From Camelus ferus (Eukaryota), in the NCBI RefSeq assembly GCF_009834535.1, contig NC_045696.1, positions 29,018,001 to 29,082,000 of the forward strand: 64,000 nt of DNA. Direction: 5' to 3'. A program made the position numbers and the translations under genes. Below, one piece after another: positions 41,986 through 54,974 of this stretch. Every line of letters begins with the position of its first letter. The stretch's first letter is position 1. The notes under the pieces were generated by a model. That model had not been told where the DNA came from and ran no database searches. It saw only the letters and a program-made list of their open reading frames with translations.

Positions 41986-42119
41986 TATGGAGGTTCCTCA
42001 AAATATTAAAAAAAGAACTACCATATGATTCAGCAATTCCACTTTTGGATATTTATTCAAAGGAAACAAAAACAGTAACTTGAAAAGATTATCTGTACCC
42101 CCATGTTTATTGCACCATA

Positions 42120-42330
42120 ATTTGTTTATTAAAGCATAGTTTATGTACAATATTATGTAAGTTACAGTTGTACAGTGATTGACAATTTTTAAAGGTTATA
42201 CTCCATTTGTAGTTGTTATAAAATATTGGCTATATCCTCTGTATTGTACAATATATACTTATAGCTTATTATATACACAGTAGTTTATACCTCTTAATCC
42301 CCTACCCTTATTTGGCCCCTTCTTCCATCT
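42120..42330 (-). mobile_element. Younger L1 3' end inserted antisense into the older L1
   Basis: 'tacaatattatgtaagttacagttgtacagtgattgacaatttttaaaggttatactccattt...aatattggctata'. Confidence 0.85.
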
Positions 42331-43669
42331 AATTCATGGAAACAACCTAAGTCCCCATCAATGAATAAATGGATAAAGAAAATACGGTGTATATGTACAC
42401 AATGGAATATTATTCAGCCATAAAAAGAAGGAAATCTACTATTTGCTCTAACATGAATGGATCTTGAAGGCATTATGCTAAGTAAAATAAGTCAGACAGA
42501 GAAAAGCAAATTCTATGTAATTTCACTTATATGTGAAATCTAAAAACAAACAAAAAACTCCCAGAAAACCAGAACTCAATAAATACAGATAACAAACTGG
42601 TAGTTACCAGAGGCAGGGGGTGGGTGAAACAGGCGGAAGTGGTCAAAAGGTACAAACATCAAGTTCTTAAAATGTCACAGAGATGTGATGCAAAGCATAG
42701 TAACTATAGCTAACATTACTGTGCTGCATGTTTGGAAGTTGCTAAGAGTAGATTTTAAAAGTTCTCATCAAAAGAAAATGAAATCTGTGGTGATGGATGT
42801 TTACTAGAATTATTGAATATGGTGATCATTTGGCCATATATACATATAATGGGTTGCTATGTTGTACACCTGGAACTAAAATAATGTTATATGTCAATTA
42901 TATCACAATTTAAAAAATTGTATTTCATTCAGTTTGGTCACTACATTCATTACTTTATTTAATTATTCCTTTTTAGCAACTAATTTTAAAATTATTCCTG
43001 GAATTAATAAAACAACTTATTTCATCAGAATTCATGCCCTCTATAGATATTCATAATCTGATTTGAAGAAATTTAAGGCAAGTTTGTTTATATAGCCCCA
43101 AAACCAAAGAAAATATGAGGTATGAAGCAATTTATAATCCCCATGATAGTATTATGCTTTATGCCCTCAACCAAATGAAGTTATGCCAAAATTAAAGACT
43201 CTGATTTAATTTTATTAATCTACTTAAAGCCAGAGGACTGAATCATAGTTTCTCCAGGCTTCTTGCATATCTGCAAGGAACAGAAAAGTATTGATACTCA
43301 CTAATTTGTAGTAGACACCATATCGTTTACCTCTTTACTTTTACACAAAAATGTCTTTGCATAGCAAATGCATTACACAGTATACCTGGAAAAAAGATGC
43401 TTTAACTCTTTAAATCCTTGTCTAATTCACAACATGAAAACTAGTGGGAAATTACTGCTAATCTAGACCGTGATTGGTGCAGTCATCAGAACATAGAGTC
43501 ACAGTTTCCCTTCAGGAGGGAACTCACGGAACACAGAGGTTCTGGGTGTGCCTAGGCTGATGCTTAGACACTTACTCAAAAATCGGTATCAAGAGCATTC
43601 AAAACCTAGAACGAACATTTCAAAGCAAGAAGAGAATATAATTGGGGGACAGTCTCTAATCTACCTAGA

Positions 43670-43790
43670 TTTTACTTATTTAACAAATATATACCCACTT
43701 CTTACTCTGTTTCAAGTACTGTGTTAGGTGCAAGGATAAATCTGTGAATAATTTAGACATGGCTCTAAAGGAGTTTCAATTAATGGAAAC
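43670..43790 (-). mobile_element. L2 3' end
   Basis: 'ttatttaacaaatat...cttactctgtttcaagtactgtgttaggtgc'. Confidence 0.65.
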
Positions 43791-44419
43791 ATCACACAAA
43801 GACTACTCATTAATCTAGCCAAGTCCTTGGGTTAGAAGCTTCACTGAAATAATTGAGAGTTAGGATCCAAATTCATTTAATATATATTCTTATTGCATAG
43901 AAATTTCTAAGACCATAAGAAATGTCAATTGTTTATGACAGGCTTATTTCCTATTAAGTTACCAAGTAATCCTCGCTCCCACACAAATATCCCTGAGTAG
44001 GAAATCCAGAGGGTGTCCACGTTACTTGATAGCAGTTTAGTTTGTTTAATTGTATTTTCCTTTTTGTTGATGTTGTTGTATTTTTCACTGTTGAAGATAA
44101 AAGACAGTTGAGAGGATACAGAGTTTAAGGGTGATGAAAGTTTCACTTAAAGTAGGAGATTTGCTGGGGATTTACCAGCAACACAGGAGCTGCTTAGAAC
44201 AGCTGATTTATAGAATGAGGGAGTTTCTGCTGAAGATCTTGTGAATGGGTTTTCTATGCTTTTACTTATTTCCCAGAAAGTTTTCCCCATTCAGCATAAC
44301 TGGGAGACCTCTTGTTTCAAACTCCAAGAAGAATTTTCTGGAATCTATCTCCTCTCCTATTTTAGTTATCGACTCTTCTTTCTCAACACATTTTTTCTCT
44401 TTTTCAAGTTCAAATGCTT

Positions 44420-44660
44420 TATTTAATAAACTTCTTAATTGTGAAGTATAATATACATATTGAAAATAACCATACAAAAGCTTACAGCCCAGTGAAATTT
44501 CACAAAGTGAATATATTGTGGTAACTATCACTCAGACCAAAAAAAGGAGCATTTCACTCCCTAAAGCAGCCCTAATGCCTCTCCTAGTCATACCCCCCAA
44601 AATAATCACGTTTCATGTTTAACATTCTAGGTTAATTTTCCCTTAATTATATGTTTTGAA
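44420..44660 (-). mobile_element. Old L1 (L1MC/ME) 3' end
   Basis: 'ttaattgtgaagtataatatacatattgaaa...tgaaatttcacaaagtgaatat...gtaactatcactcagacc'. Confidence 0.8.
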
Positions 44661-44772
44661 CTTTTTATAAATTAAAAAAATATATATATATTTATTGAAG
44701 TATAGTCAGTTTACAATGTGTCAATTTCTAGTGTACAGCATAATGCTTCAGTCATATACGAACGTACATAAG
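44661..44772 (-). mobile_element. Very short young L1 3' end with 8-bp TSD
   Basis: 'tttattgaagtatagtcagtttacaatgtgtcaatttctagtgtacagcataatgcttcagtcata'; gttttgaa at 44653-44660 and 44773-44780. Confidence 0.85.
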
Positions 44773-44819
44773 GTTTTGAAACGTCTGTAAGTAAATTGTC
44801 AGAAATTCTCAGGCAGTCT

Positions 44820-45810
44820 TAAATTTTTAAAAAAATTTTATAGCTTTTATTTTTTTAGAGAAGCTATAGTGTTACAGAAAAATTGCATAGATAGTAGAGA
44901 GAATTCCCATCCATCCCCTATCTCTCACGATACAGTTTCCCTTATAACATCTTGCTTTAGTGTAATAGGTGTGTTACAGTGGATGAACCAATATTGGTAC
45001 GTTTATTGTTAATTAAAGTACACAGCTGGCATTAGGGTTCACTGTTGTACTATCTGTGGGTTTTGACAAATGCATAATGCCATGTATCCATTATTAGAGT
45101 GTCATACAGAATAGTTTTGCCATCCTAACAATGCCCTGTGTTCCACCTATTCATCCTTCCCTGCTTCCCCCTGAACCCTTGGCAACCACTAATCTTTTTA
45201 TTCTCTAAACTTTTGCCGTTTCCAGAATGTTACATTGGAATCATACAGCTTATAGCCCTTTCAGGGTGGTTTCTTTCACTTATTAATATGCATTTAAGTG
45301 TCCTTCAGGGTTTTACTGTGGCTTGATAGCTTTTTTTTTAAGTGCTGAATAATACTGAATTCCATGGATGCACCAGTTTGTTTATTCCTTCTCCTTCTGA
45401 AGAACAGCTTTCTTGCTTTCAGTTTTGACAATTATTTAAAAAGCTGCTATAAACATTCATGTGCAGGCTTTTGTGTAAACATAAGCTTTCAACTCATTTG
45501 AGTAAACACCTGGAAGCTCCACTGCTGGATCTAAAGGTAAGTATGTTTAATTTGGCTTCATCAGAACTGCCAAACTGCCTTCCAAAGTGTCTGCAGCATT
45601 TTGTACTCTCACCAGCAATGAATTAAGAGTTTCTGATGTTCCCTGTCCTCCTCAGCATTTGGTGCTGTCGGTGTTTATTTTAGGCATTTGAATGGGTATG
45701 TAGTACTATTTCATTGTTATTTCAATTTGCATTTCCTTAATGACTAGGATGTGGACCATCTTTTCAGATGCTTAGTTGCCCTCTGTATGTCTTCATTGCT
45801 GAGTTGTCTA
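44820..45810 (-). mobile_element. L1MC-type 3' UTR and ORF2 end
   Basis: 'ctgtgggttttgacaaatgcataatgccatgtatcc', 'aagctgctataaacattcatgtgcagg', 'aactgccaaactgccttccaaagtg'. Confidence 0.92.
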
Positions 45811-45814
45811 GGTT

Positions 45815-46200
45815 GTATTTGTTCTCTTTCTGCTGAACACTAAACGAGGCTAAACTATTTTTGCCCCTTCACAGTTAGACATGGTCTGTAACTCAGTTCT
45901 AACCAATAAAAGATGAGTAGATAGTGTCAGACCCTTTTAAGTATAGCCTATAAGAAATTTCACTAATGATTCTATTCTTCCTACTTCTGCTGCATGGAAA
46001 TTAACTTGGAAGATAAATAGTGAAGATGACAATGGTTCCATCAGCTGGGGTTCTGAATGACCATGTGAGACAATATACCACCATGATCACCATAAACATC
46101 CCCACCACGTACACAGTAATATGCAAGCAAGAAGTAAACTATTGCATTAATACCTGAAATCTTGTTATAACCTAACCCTAACTGGTTATAATCTTTGTTA
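45815..46200 (+). mobile_element. Old MLT1-type MaLR LTR fragment
   Basis: 'ccccttcacagttagacatggtctgtaactcagttctaaccaataaaagatgagtaga...ttccatcagctggggttctgaatgacc'. Confidence 0.7.
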
Positions 46201-46689
46201 TAGCATCTAGAGAGACAGTGTAACTATAAGTATCTACCACTTCAAAAGAATAATGAGATGAAGTTGCTTTATTCTCATGTATGAAAAGTTACCTCATGTA
46301 TTTGTGTGCCTGAACTTCCTTTGATAGTTTTATGAGATTTGATATCAATAAATTACGAGCAGGGAAACAAAGCAAGACAAGTACATTTCGGAATAGGTTA
46401 GTCAAACACCAGTATGTCATCTGAGGTCACTATGTCCATTAATATCTTGATAAAATTGGCTGAAGCTTCCATTTCTTGCTTGTGAATGTCCACATAGCAT
46501 CCTAAAATTTCTGTGAAATCCAAGGGTCTTATGCCAATTGGTAACCTCCAAGCTCATTGAAAACTTCAAGTTCATGCTTCTGTTAACTTACTTCAATGCA
46601 CAAATTATCTTTTTCTTATTTTATTTTTCTCAGTGGATATAAGCAAAAGAATCATGTAACCTCTTTATTTAATACATACACAGATACTC

Positions 46690-46691
<2 letters not shown>

Positions 46692-46730
<39 letters not shown>
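46692..46730. repeat. (AT)n microsatellite, about 19 perfect units
   Basis: Directly visible. Confidence 0.97.
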
Positions 46731-46732
<2 letters not shown>

Positions 46733-46862
46733 CTAACACACACCTGCATACATACACACATACTCTCACTCAAGATCTCTGCATGTGTAGCAAACTTCAC
46801 TGACACTTTAGCAAGGCAATCATAACACAGAAAAACTAGCGACTTGAATTTCAATTGTAAGC

Positions 46863-47007
46863 TTCCTTTCCTTCTCTCTTTCAGTAATTGATTCTGCTCC
46901 TCACCATCTCACATCAGTTTAAGCTTAGGAGACAGTTACACAGCTGAAAACTATATTTCTTAGACTCTATAGCAGTAAAATTCAGTTTTGTGATTCCATT
47001 GGATCCA
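46863..47007 (+). repeat. Dispersed direct repeat, copy 1 (145 bp; copy 2 at 49186-49330)
   Basis: Ungapped alignment by eye, 10 mismatches in 145 bp. Confidence 0.95.
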
Positions 47008-48794
47008 CACTCTCATATTATATGAAATGGAAACAATTGTACAAAATTATTATTTGAAAAATGTTCAATTTGACTCTGGTTCACTAATTTTCCAGCTTAA
47101 AAAAGCTTGATATTACTTAATATGTAAGAAAGAGTTTTAAGCCATGACTTATTTTAAGCTAATTTATTCAAAATTAAACTTCTACCCACCCTTCAATTTG
47201 TTAATATAGGAAATACATTTTTCTAACAAAAATTTGTAAAACCTCCTTTTGCTTGCTAAACGCAGTTTTAAGATTAGTAGTAAAAACTGTGTGGCTATTT
47301 ACATTTTATATGTGAAGAATTGGTTTCCATTTTCATGAAGAGGGAAGAAAACATTTATATAACCTTTTTATAATTTTTATTCCCTAGAAGATTCTCTGAT
47401 TAGATTTTACTAAATGGTACTATTCACTTGTTTTTCAAAAACCAAATAGAATATCATTTGACCTTCCACATAAATTTCAAGCACTTAAGCTGAAATCCAT
47501 AGCATTCACTCTCTACTAACTGCCAAATTTGCTATCATACCATATGTCCAACATACAATTTGCATCTGAACTGGGAAATGCAAATGATGTTTTAATGATT
47601 TCACTTCCTAAAGAATAAAGTAAATGGCAGAAGAAGAGAACAATACACATTCAGTAGTCTTCTCACTTATGCTATTCTTTCAGTCATGACACTTTGCCAA
47701 AGACAAGTTGTATTCTCTACAGCTATTAATGAATAATCTCTAAAAATAAATATTCAGTTTAGGAAGAATTAGGAGTATGCCCTAATACTCTTATGTGAGA
47801 TCAGCTGTAAAGCCATGTTAAATTGAGCATTGACTATCCATTTTCACTAAGATGAATATTATGATTAGATGATAACGGAAATTCCATTTGATGATTTGAT
47901 GCCTCACATATAAAAAACTGACAACACATACTCAAGGTGCTTTTCAAAACTGAAGCACATTTTATTAATACTTCTAACACTGTGTATTTACAAAAAAAAT
48001 CCAACACATTCCATAAAGATGCTAAAAAGCAACTGAGAATATGTTCCTGTTAAGATGACAAATATTCTTTCAGATAATCAAATGTTGATAATTCAGTTTT
48101 TGTTTTCTAAATAGATTTTGAAAACTTATACAATTTTATACCTTATCTTAAAATACAATATATGGATATATAATGATAACATAGTATATATGGTGATTGA
48201 TTTTATGTTAAAATTTCATTTGAAGTTAAAAGGCATTGAAAATAAAAACATATGCTATAGTTAATACATATATTTCAACTATTTGAACAGAAATATACTG
48301 TAGGTCAGTATAAAACTGACCCAGCCAGTAGATCAGTAAGAGAAATATAAAGAAAGAGAAGCTAAGAAATAATGTTTGAGGTACCCTTATATATGCTCTC
48401 TTAATTCAGATGATAAAAAGTATAAATTTGTATAGACTACGAGGCAAAAAAATAGGAAATAGCAATGAAAATTATAACTCTACTTAGTAATAATTTGCTT
48501 TTCTCATTCTCACAGTTGATCACCATTCTCAATGAAACAACCAACAGAAAAGCTTCAGAATATAGTTGATACGAATACAGAATGTCATAGTTTACTATGA
48601 CATTTGTTTTCCCCAGATAAAATAGAAAAAAATAAAATAGTTATGTTTATCTGTAGTATGTGTCAGTAAATAACTGGGTATCTTGAAATATCCAAAGCTT
48701 TAACTAAATTTTAAATTAGTGTAATATTGTCTTCAACTGTGCATTTACAAAGAGACAAGGCTTAAAATCATGACTTTAAACTTAAAGTATACTA

Positions 48795-48930
48795 TGGCAA
48801 TAATCTGATCCAGCCCTTCATTTTATGGAGGTAGAAACTGAAATGCATCAAGATTAAATGGCATGACTGTAGTTTCACAGAGGACAAACTGGGATCAAAA
48901 TCTAAGTTACTTGACTGATGAGTCAAGAAG
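48795..48930 (-). mobile_element. MIR fragment
   Basis: 'ccagcccttcattttatggaggtagaaactgaaatgc'. Confidence 0.65.
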
Positions 48931-49089
48931 TGGCACTAGGTTATCTTCCAACCATGTAAAGCTCACGGGAAAAGGAGTTGCCAGGTGTGTATTACCAAGA
49001 ACAGGATATAATGCTTTGAATCATAATAGCACATATATGACTTAATCTCATAACAAGGAAACCTAAATATTTGTAATAGAGAAATGTCA

Positions 49090-49205
49090 TCTCCATCTAC
49101 CTATTTTCCTATTTTTTTCTTTCCTCTCTCTCCTTTTCTTTCTCCCTTCCTTACTCCCTTCATCTCTTCCTTCCTTCTTTTCTTTTTCCTTTCCTTCTGT
49201 CTTTC
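49090..49205. repeat. CT-rich polypyrimidine low-complexity tract
   Basis: Directly visible. Confidence 0.85.
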
Positions 49206-49330
49206 AATAATCGATTCTGCTCCTTACCATCTCACATCAGTTTAAGCTTAGGAGACAGTTACACAGCTGAAAACTGTATTTCTTAGACTCTACAGCAGCA
49301 AAATTCAGTTCTGTGATTCCATTGCATTCA
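49186..49330 (+). repeat. Dispersed direct repeat, copy 2 (of 46863-47007)
   Basis: Offset 2323 bp from copy 1; about 93% identity by manual count. Confidence 0.95.
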
Positions 49331-51459
49331 GTAGAGTGTGTCCGGTAAAGTTGTATGTGATGCCCTCACCATCTCATTACTGACAGTACCCCTTACCCCG
49401 AACTTGCTTTTTCTCTTCCTTCTTTTTTGTCTGGAAATGGCAATGGTCTGGAATCAAATCATGGACGGCAATCAAATATCCCTTCTATAGCGTGGCCTAT
49501 AAATATAGTTTTTAAGTTTTAAAATTTTTTTCAGAATTTTTGCATCATTAATTGAATCCAGTAGAATCATTTAAAAGATGCAGGAAATTAACACTGAGTT
49601 AAAGAGAGTTTATATCCAAATATTTTATTCAGGGTCTACCCTGTGCATTGCTAACAGAAACACACAGTGAGATTTGAGTTTTATCAAAATGCCCATATGA
49701 GTTAAAGTCTATTTTACATTGACTTGTAGTGTGAATGCTTATAAACAGTTTTAGTCACAAAATATCTTTTAAATCATATGTGTATACTTACTGGCATTAT
49801 TTTTGAGAGTAGAGATACAAGCTAGGAGCAATCTATTGATATATATCTAGCAGAGAGTAGGATCAGTATATCTGATGAGAAAAATGAGAAGATAAGTAAA
49901 ACCAGGATGCAGTCCCAGGTCAGAAACAGACCAATACAAAACAGGGAGCCCTACATAACATTAAGAAACATACAAAAAATACTTTTCTAGGGCTTAAGCA
50001 CCTTTGTAAACAAAATATATTAGTTCATTTAATTTTCATGATATACCTATAACTTAACATTATTATCATTATTATTATTAATTTGTGAGTAAGGATATTA
50101 ATGCTCATGGTATGTACCTAGTAAATATGAGCACTGAGATTCAAATCCAGAGAGCCTAACTTTGGATCATCTGATTTCGCCATCATCCTGAAAGGCTTCT
50201 CATGAAGTTATGGGGTATCCGAGGCACCGCTAATCATGTGTCTGAAGCTGGAAAACCAAGGGAGAACGTTGGGACTCTCCTCTCATGCTCACCAACCAGT
50301 CCTAAGTTTTCAAATTGAACAACTGGTATTCCAGTATGGACAGGTCACTTTGAGATTCCATCCCTCTGACTTCCAAAGTGAGAAAGTCTTTCTGAGACAA
50401 GAGGCTTCAAAATCAGTCCCCCCACCCCCTAAAAAAATGATGTCCAAATTGTAATTCAGCAATGGGAACGACAGGAGAGATGCATAGTTGAGTTTTACAA
50501 GCTAAACCTAATCAACAGACTTTGCTAAAATATCTTAAATTAATTGAAAGATATTTCAGGGAAGCTGCCCAGTGTTGTATGGACACAGGTAAGATGCTAA
50601 ACCAGCATCATGTCTCCTTGCCCTGAGCCTGTTCATTCTCCATATGTGGCTTGAATCACTAAGTTTGGACACTCTTTTACCCGTGACCATGACCTTCCTG
50701 CTGTGATTTAAAATAGAAAGAAAAGCACTCAGAAAAGGTTCCAGCCTAATCATTCATACTTTGGAAAGCTAGCCAACATGTATACCCATCATCCATCTGG
50801 GCAAAAGGCTTTACAGCTTTTAGACATTAAATGACTCACTCTGCAAAGCTCTTCCCAGACTAATGGTGGCCCTAATTTCTCTATTAGATGGACCAGAATA
50901 TTAGGGAGGCGAATCTTTGCTATTATGTTCGCAGAGAATGAACTCCCCCAAAGCATAGATGAGCGTAATAGCTGGTAAAACCTTGGAAAATGCAAGGTTA
51001 AAATTGTGTTTCTCTGCACTATGCCATCTGTATCCCCTAACAGCTTGAACAGGAAGGATTTTTTCCTTAAGCATTATTCATTTTGCTAAAAATTGTCCTT
51101 GTTTTGCACTACCCTGAGGAAATAAATGGCATTGTAAAAATGAGACCACACTTATTATAAACCTAACCTATGGACCACTTTTCCAAAAGTAATTTGGTCA
51201 TTTGACATCATACACCTCCCAGTGAGAACAAATGGAAATAATTTTTTGTTGTTGTTCTTTTCAAGTTCAACTTGCCCTTTATGGCAGTTTTCCTTCCAAG
51301 TTCTTTTTCATCCAGCTGTTTATATCATAATTGGTTTATATTAAATAAACCTCTTCCCCAAATATTCCTGAACTTATTTGTCAAATTTCATGTTTTATGA
51401 TTTTATAAATATACTGCATTAGAAGTCACAAATTTTAGACGTTAGAGGCTTTCTTTTGT

Positions 51460-51640
51460 GAAGTGCTAACTTGAAGAAGGTTGGAGGGGGATTTCTGGGC
51501 GTTGGTAATGTTCTACTTTTTGGTGTTGGTGCCGATTATGCAGGTGTTTCACTGTGTGAAAATTCACCAAACGCTACACTTAGGATATGTTAACTTTTCT
51601 CTGTAAATATTATATTTCAATAAAGTTTACCAAAAAAAAA
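51460..51640 (+). mobile_element. L1ME-type 3' end
   Basis: 'tttctgggcgttggtaatgttctac...tgtgaaaattcacc...tatatttcaataaag' followed by an A-run. Confidence 0.8.
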
Positions 51641-52264
51641 GAGAGCCAATTTAATAAAATTTAGTAATACCAAAAACATCTTCAATAAAAGGTCATAGAA
51701 TTTGTCAAGAGGGACCTTTTCTAAGGAAGGCAGAAGTATTACATTATGTGTAAGATTTGCTTTTAAAGAAGCAACAAAGCACTGCGCCATCTTAGTTATC
51801 TCCAACTAAATTAATAAACTAGATTAAGAAAAATTATTTGGAGTTATAATGTTTGCTTCTCAAAATAAGCTGCCCGAATGTGCTCTGGATGCAATACTTA
51901 CACACTAGCAGCTACACTGCTACTAAATTCAGATGGAGCAAGTACAAAAACTTCCCATATCCCATAGATGTGCACATATTCTTGAGAAAAGGTCAAGGTA
52001 GGACCACTGCAATGCATATGTAGGTTGGTTATAGAGAATCCCTGCTATGATCAGAGTTTATTTGTGGCATATTATACACAAAATTTAGTTTGCAACTTTC
52101 AGTAACATGAGAAACTCTGAAAGGCATAATCTCAAAGTGCTTTTACCTTGACTAAGAAAGAGACTGCTCTCAACCTTAGAGTGCTGTTTGAAAAGCAGTA
52201 TATCCTTTCTTTATTAAGTACAAGAGTGGCATTATTAAAAATGAATTAAATCTCCCAAATTATC

Positions 52265-52450
52265 TAGTCCCCCGTTTCCTTCATATGACAGATTACCTGG
52301 GGTGTCTGTGAAAAATGCATAAGTTTCTGGGACTCATGGACTTCAAAAAATTGCATCTTGAAGATGTAAGAAAGGAACCACGAAATACATAAGAAGAATT
52401 TCAGATATTATTTTAAGCAGCTAACCAGTTAGAGGAAAACTGGTTTAGAT
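52265..52450. mobile_element. MER5-like hAT-Charlie MITE remnant
   Basis: 'agattacctggggtgtctgtgaaaaatgcataagtttctggg...gaggaaaactggtttaga'. Confidence 0.55.
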
Positions 52451-52914
52451 ACCCAAAATTTCTAAATTTCACTTCTCAGTTCACTGGGAGGAAGAAAATT
52501 CCAAAAATCTGGAATTTGTCTGCCAAAAGACATTTTGAAAGTGAGTAAGTCTCCCTGGCAGGACAAGATATTTGATAGTCTCTGCACACACTTGCACGAT
52601 TGTTAACAAAGTGATCTTTTGAATATTGGGTAGCATTAGGAGCAATTCATAGGGAGGTTGTATCAGCTATAAAGAAACCTTGGGTAAGTAGATAATTTCT
52701 ATCAGTGAAGTAATGTGTCTAAGTAAAAGATTATGAAGATAATATGATTAGAAGTTCCAAATTAGCCTCTCTATTGTTGAAGGAGTAAGTGAAATTTAAA
52801 TCGCCTAAATGATAATGTGCTGCAATATGCTTAATATAAAATGAATAACCAATACAGAAGTCGGACTCGAATTAAACTAGAGAAGTGTAGTGGTTCCAAT
52901 TTCGTTGCATCTCA

Positions 52915-53140
52915 TAGTGTGGTAATTATTAGTCTTGTTTGCTCATACTCAGTCTTCACTCCCCTCCCAGGCACATGGTAGAGTGGCAGTATCTTGCCCC
53001 AGTAATAACATGAAGGAAAAGCCCACCGTCACCCCTCCCCATGTGCTGACTCATGCTATAGTAAGCGAAAGATAAACCTTTTTTCAATTGACAGAGATTT
53101 TTATGTTCATTATTACCACAGGATAACTTAGCCTAGAGTT
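52915..53140 (+). mobile_element. MLT1-type LTR fragment
   Basis: 'tgtggtaattatt...ctcccaggcacatggtagag...aagataaacctttt...ttaccacaggataacttagcct'. Confidence 0.65.
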
Positions 53141-53499
53141 AGGCGTACATGTAAACAAAGGGAAGCAATACTATCTAATGTTCATAAATCAAGAATCAGA
53201 GGCTTAGTAGGTACCTTATACCAAGTTATAAATGTCATTTAACAAAGAACTAAAAATAATGATATCGCTAACAAAAATTTAAGTGTAACAGGGGAGGTGA
53301 GATAATTTTGTACTTACATTGTTAAACAAAAGGCTCCCAATTTGTTCACATCTCCCATTATCTACACACTTGGACAATAACCTCTATACTGGCTCTGGTC
53401 TTAATTATGTAATGCATTTCGGTCCAAAGCTTTGTTGCAAATCTGAAACAGACCCGTGAAAATGCTTGTGTATTTGAGCTTAATTTTCTTCTAATTGCT

Positions 53500-53770
53500 C
53501 TTGGAAACCTGTGACATGTGAAGAAGCCAAGATAGCCTGGTGGTTGATGTGCAACACAAGGTCCCAGTCCATGGACCCAGCTGACAGGCAACTGACTGCA
53601 GGACACTAGAGTGAGATCTTCCAGGACCAATGTCTGAGCGAGCTCAGCCAAGCCCGGTCCTTCCCAGAGGATCTATACTGTAAAAACATGAACTAAGTAA
53701 GTGGCTGTTGTTTTAAGCCAACTGAGTTTTGGGGATAGTTTGTTACACTGGAAAAATTAACCCTTACAGA
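53500..53770 (+). mobile_element. MLT1 (G/H-like) LTR 3' part
   Basis: 'ggctgttgttttaagccaactgagttttggggatagtttgttacactg'. Confidence 0.8.
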
Positions 53771-53981
53771 TACTGGTAGCAAAGTGCTATAGCATTCATC
53801 TTGCATTCCGAATTTGCTAAATGACAGCTACATCAATCTGCAACTACCAAAAATGAGAGAAAATGTTCAGGCTGTTAACAGTTACATACAGTATGCAAAT
53901 ACACTTACTTCAGAGTGTTCATACTCTCCCCTTGTTTTCTTCCTTTACTCTGGAGAAGTTTTATTTTTATTTTTATTTTTT

Positions 53982-54045
53982 ATCACTTTGTTGTACACCT
54001 GAAACTGACATAATATTGCAAATCAACTATACTTCAAATAAAAAG
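53982..54045 (+). mobile_element. Very short L1 3' end
   Basis: 'tcactttgttgtacacctgaaactgacataatattgcaaatcaactatacttcaaataaaaag'. Confidence 0.85.
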
Positions 54046-54089
54046 AATCCAGAATCCACTTGTTTTAGGTATCATCTTTTTATCTTTCA

Positions 54090-54372
54090 CTTTTTTTCAA
54101 ATTGAATGAAAGATTCTTTAAATTCCATAGTGCTTTATAATTTTCAAGTTTCACACACACAATTTCATATAATAACCCTTTTTCCCCCACCCCTCTATTG
54201 CCCCCTCTCTTCTCTCTCCCCACTGGTAACCACTAATTTGTACTCAATATCTGTGAGTGTGCTTTTTTTGTTTTGTTTTGTTCACTAGTTTGTTGTAATA
54301 TTTTAGAATCCAAATATAAGTGTTATCATACAGCATTTGTCTTTATCTGATTTATTTCACTTAGCATAACTC
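54090..54372 (-). mobile_element. L1 3' UTR fragment
   Basis: 'cccactggtaaccactaatttgtactcaatatctgtgag...tttagaatccaaatataagtgttatcatacagcatttgtc...tttcacttagcataa'. Confidence 0.85.
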
Positions 54373-54374
54373 TA

Positions 54375-54850
54375 GTTAGAAAAGATACACATACCACTAT
54401 ATTCATTGCAACATCATTTACATTAGACAAAATATGGAAACAACCTAAGTACTCATGAATAGATGAATGGATAAAGAAGACATGGTATTTATCTATACAA
54501 TGGAATGTTACTTAGCCATAAAACAAGAATGAAATCGTCCCATTTGCAGCAGCATGAATGGACCTAGACGATATTATGATAAGTGAAACAAGTCAAACAG
54601 AGAAAGACGAATGGTGTATTATTTCACTTATATGTGAAATCTAAAAAATACCACAAAAAATGAGCCAATGTAACAAAAGAAAAACAGAGTCACAGGTACA
54701 AACAGGTGGTTGCCAGAAGGGAGGTGGGTAGAAGGAAGAAAGAAACAGTTGAAGGAGATTAAGAGGTACAAACTCCCAGTTGCAAAATAAATGAGTCACA
54801 GGTATGAAATGTACATTGTGGGAATTTTTTTTTAAAGATAAAAAAACCAA
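54375..54850 (+). mobile_element. L1 ORF2 end and 3' UTR
   Basis: 'atggaaacaacctaagt...gatgaatggataaagaag...gagattaagaggtacaaactcccagttgcaaaataaatgagtcac'. Confidence 0.9.
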
Positions 54851-54974
54851 GTAATTCCCATTTCCACCTTACTGCTCACAACTAAATAATTTTTAGAATT
54901 TTTTTCTACAAAAAATCATATACTTGTGAGCAGTGGGGTAGAAATGGGAATAGGTTTCTATGTAAGAAACCCTT

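Larger units (their letters stand above)
40685..42917 (+). mobile_element. L1MA/MB-type LINE-1: ORF2 C-terminus and 3' UTR, with two internal insertions
   Basis: Classic ORF2 sequence 'aaagctgaaggcatcatacttcctgatttcaaactgtattacaaagctatag'. ORF-track peptides WEKIFAKLIADKGLISK and IIREMQIKITVRYHLTPIR. The 3' UTR ends 'atgttatatgtcaattatatcacaatttaaaaaa'. Confidence 0.95.
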
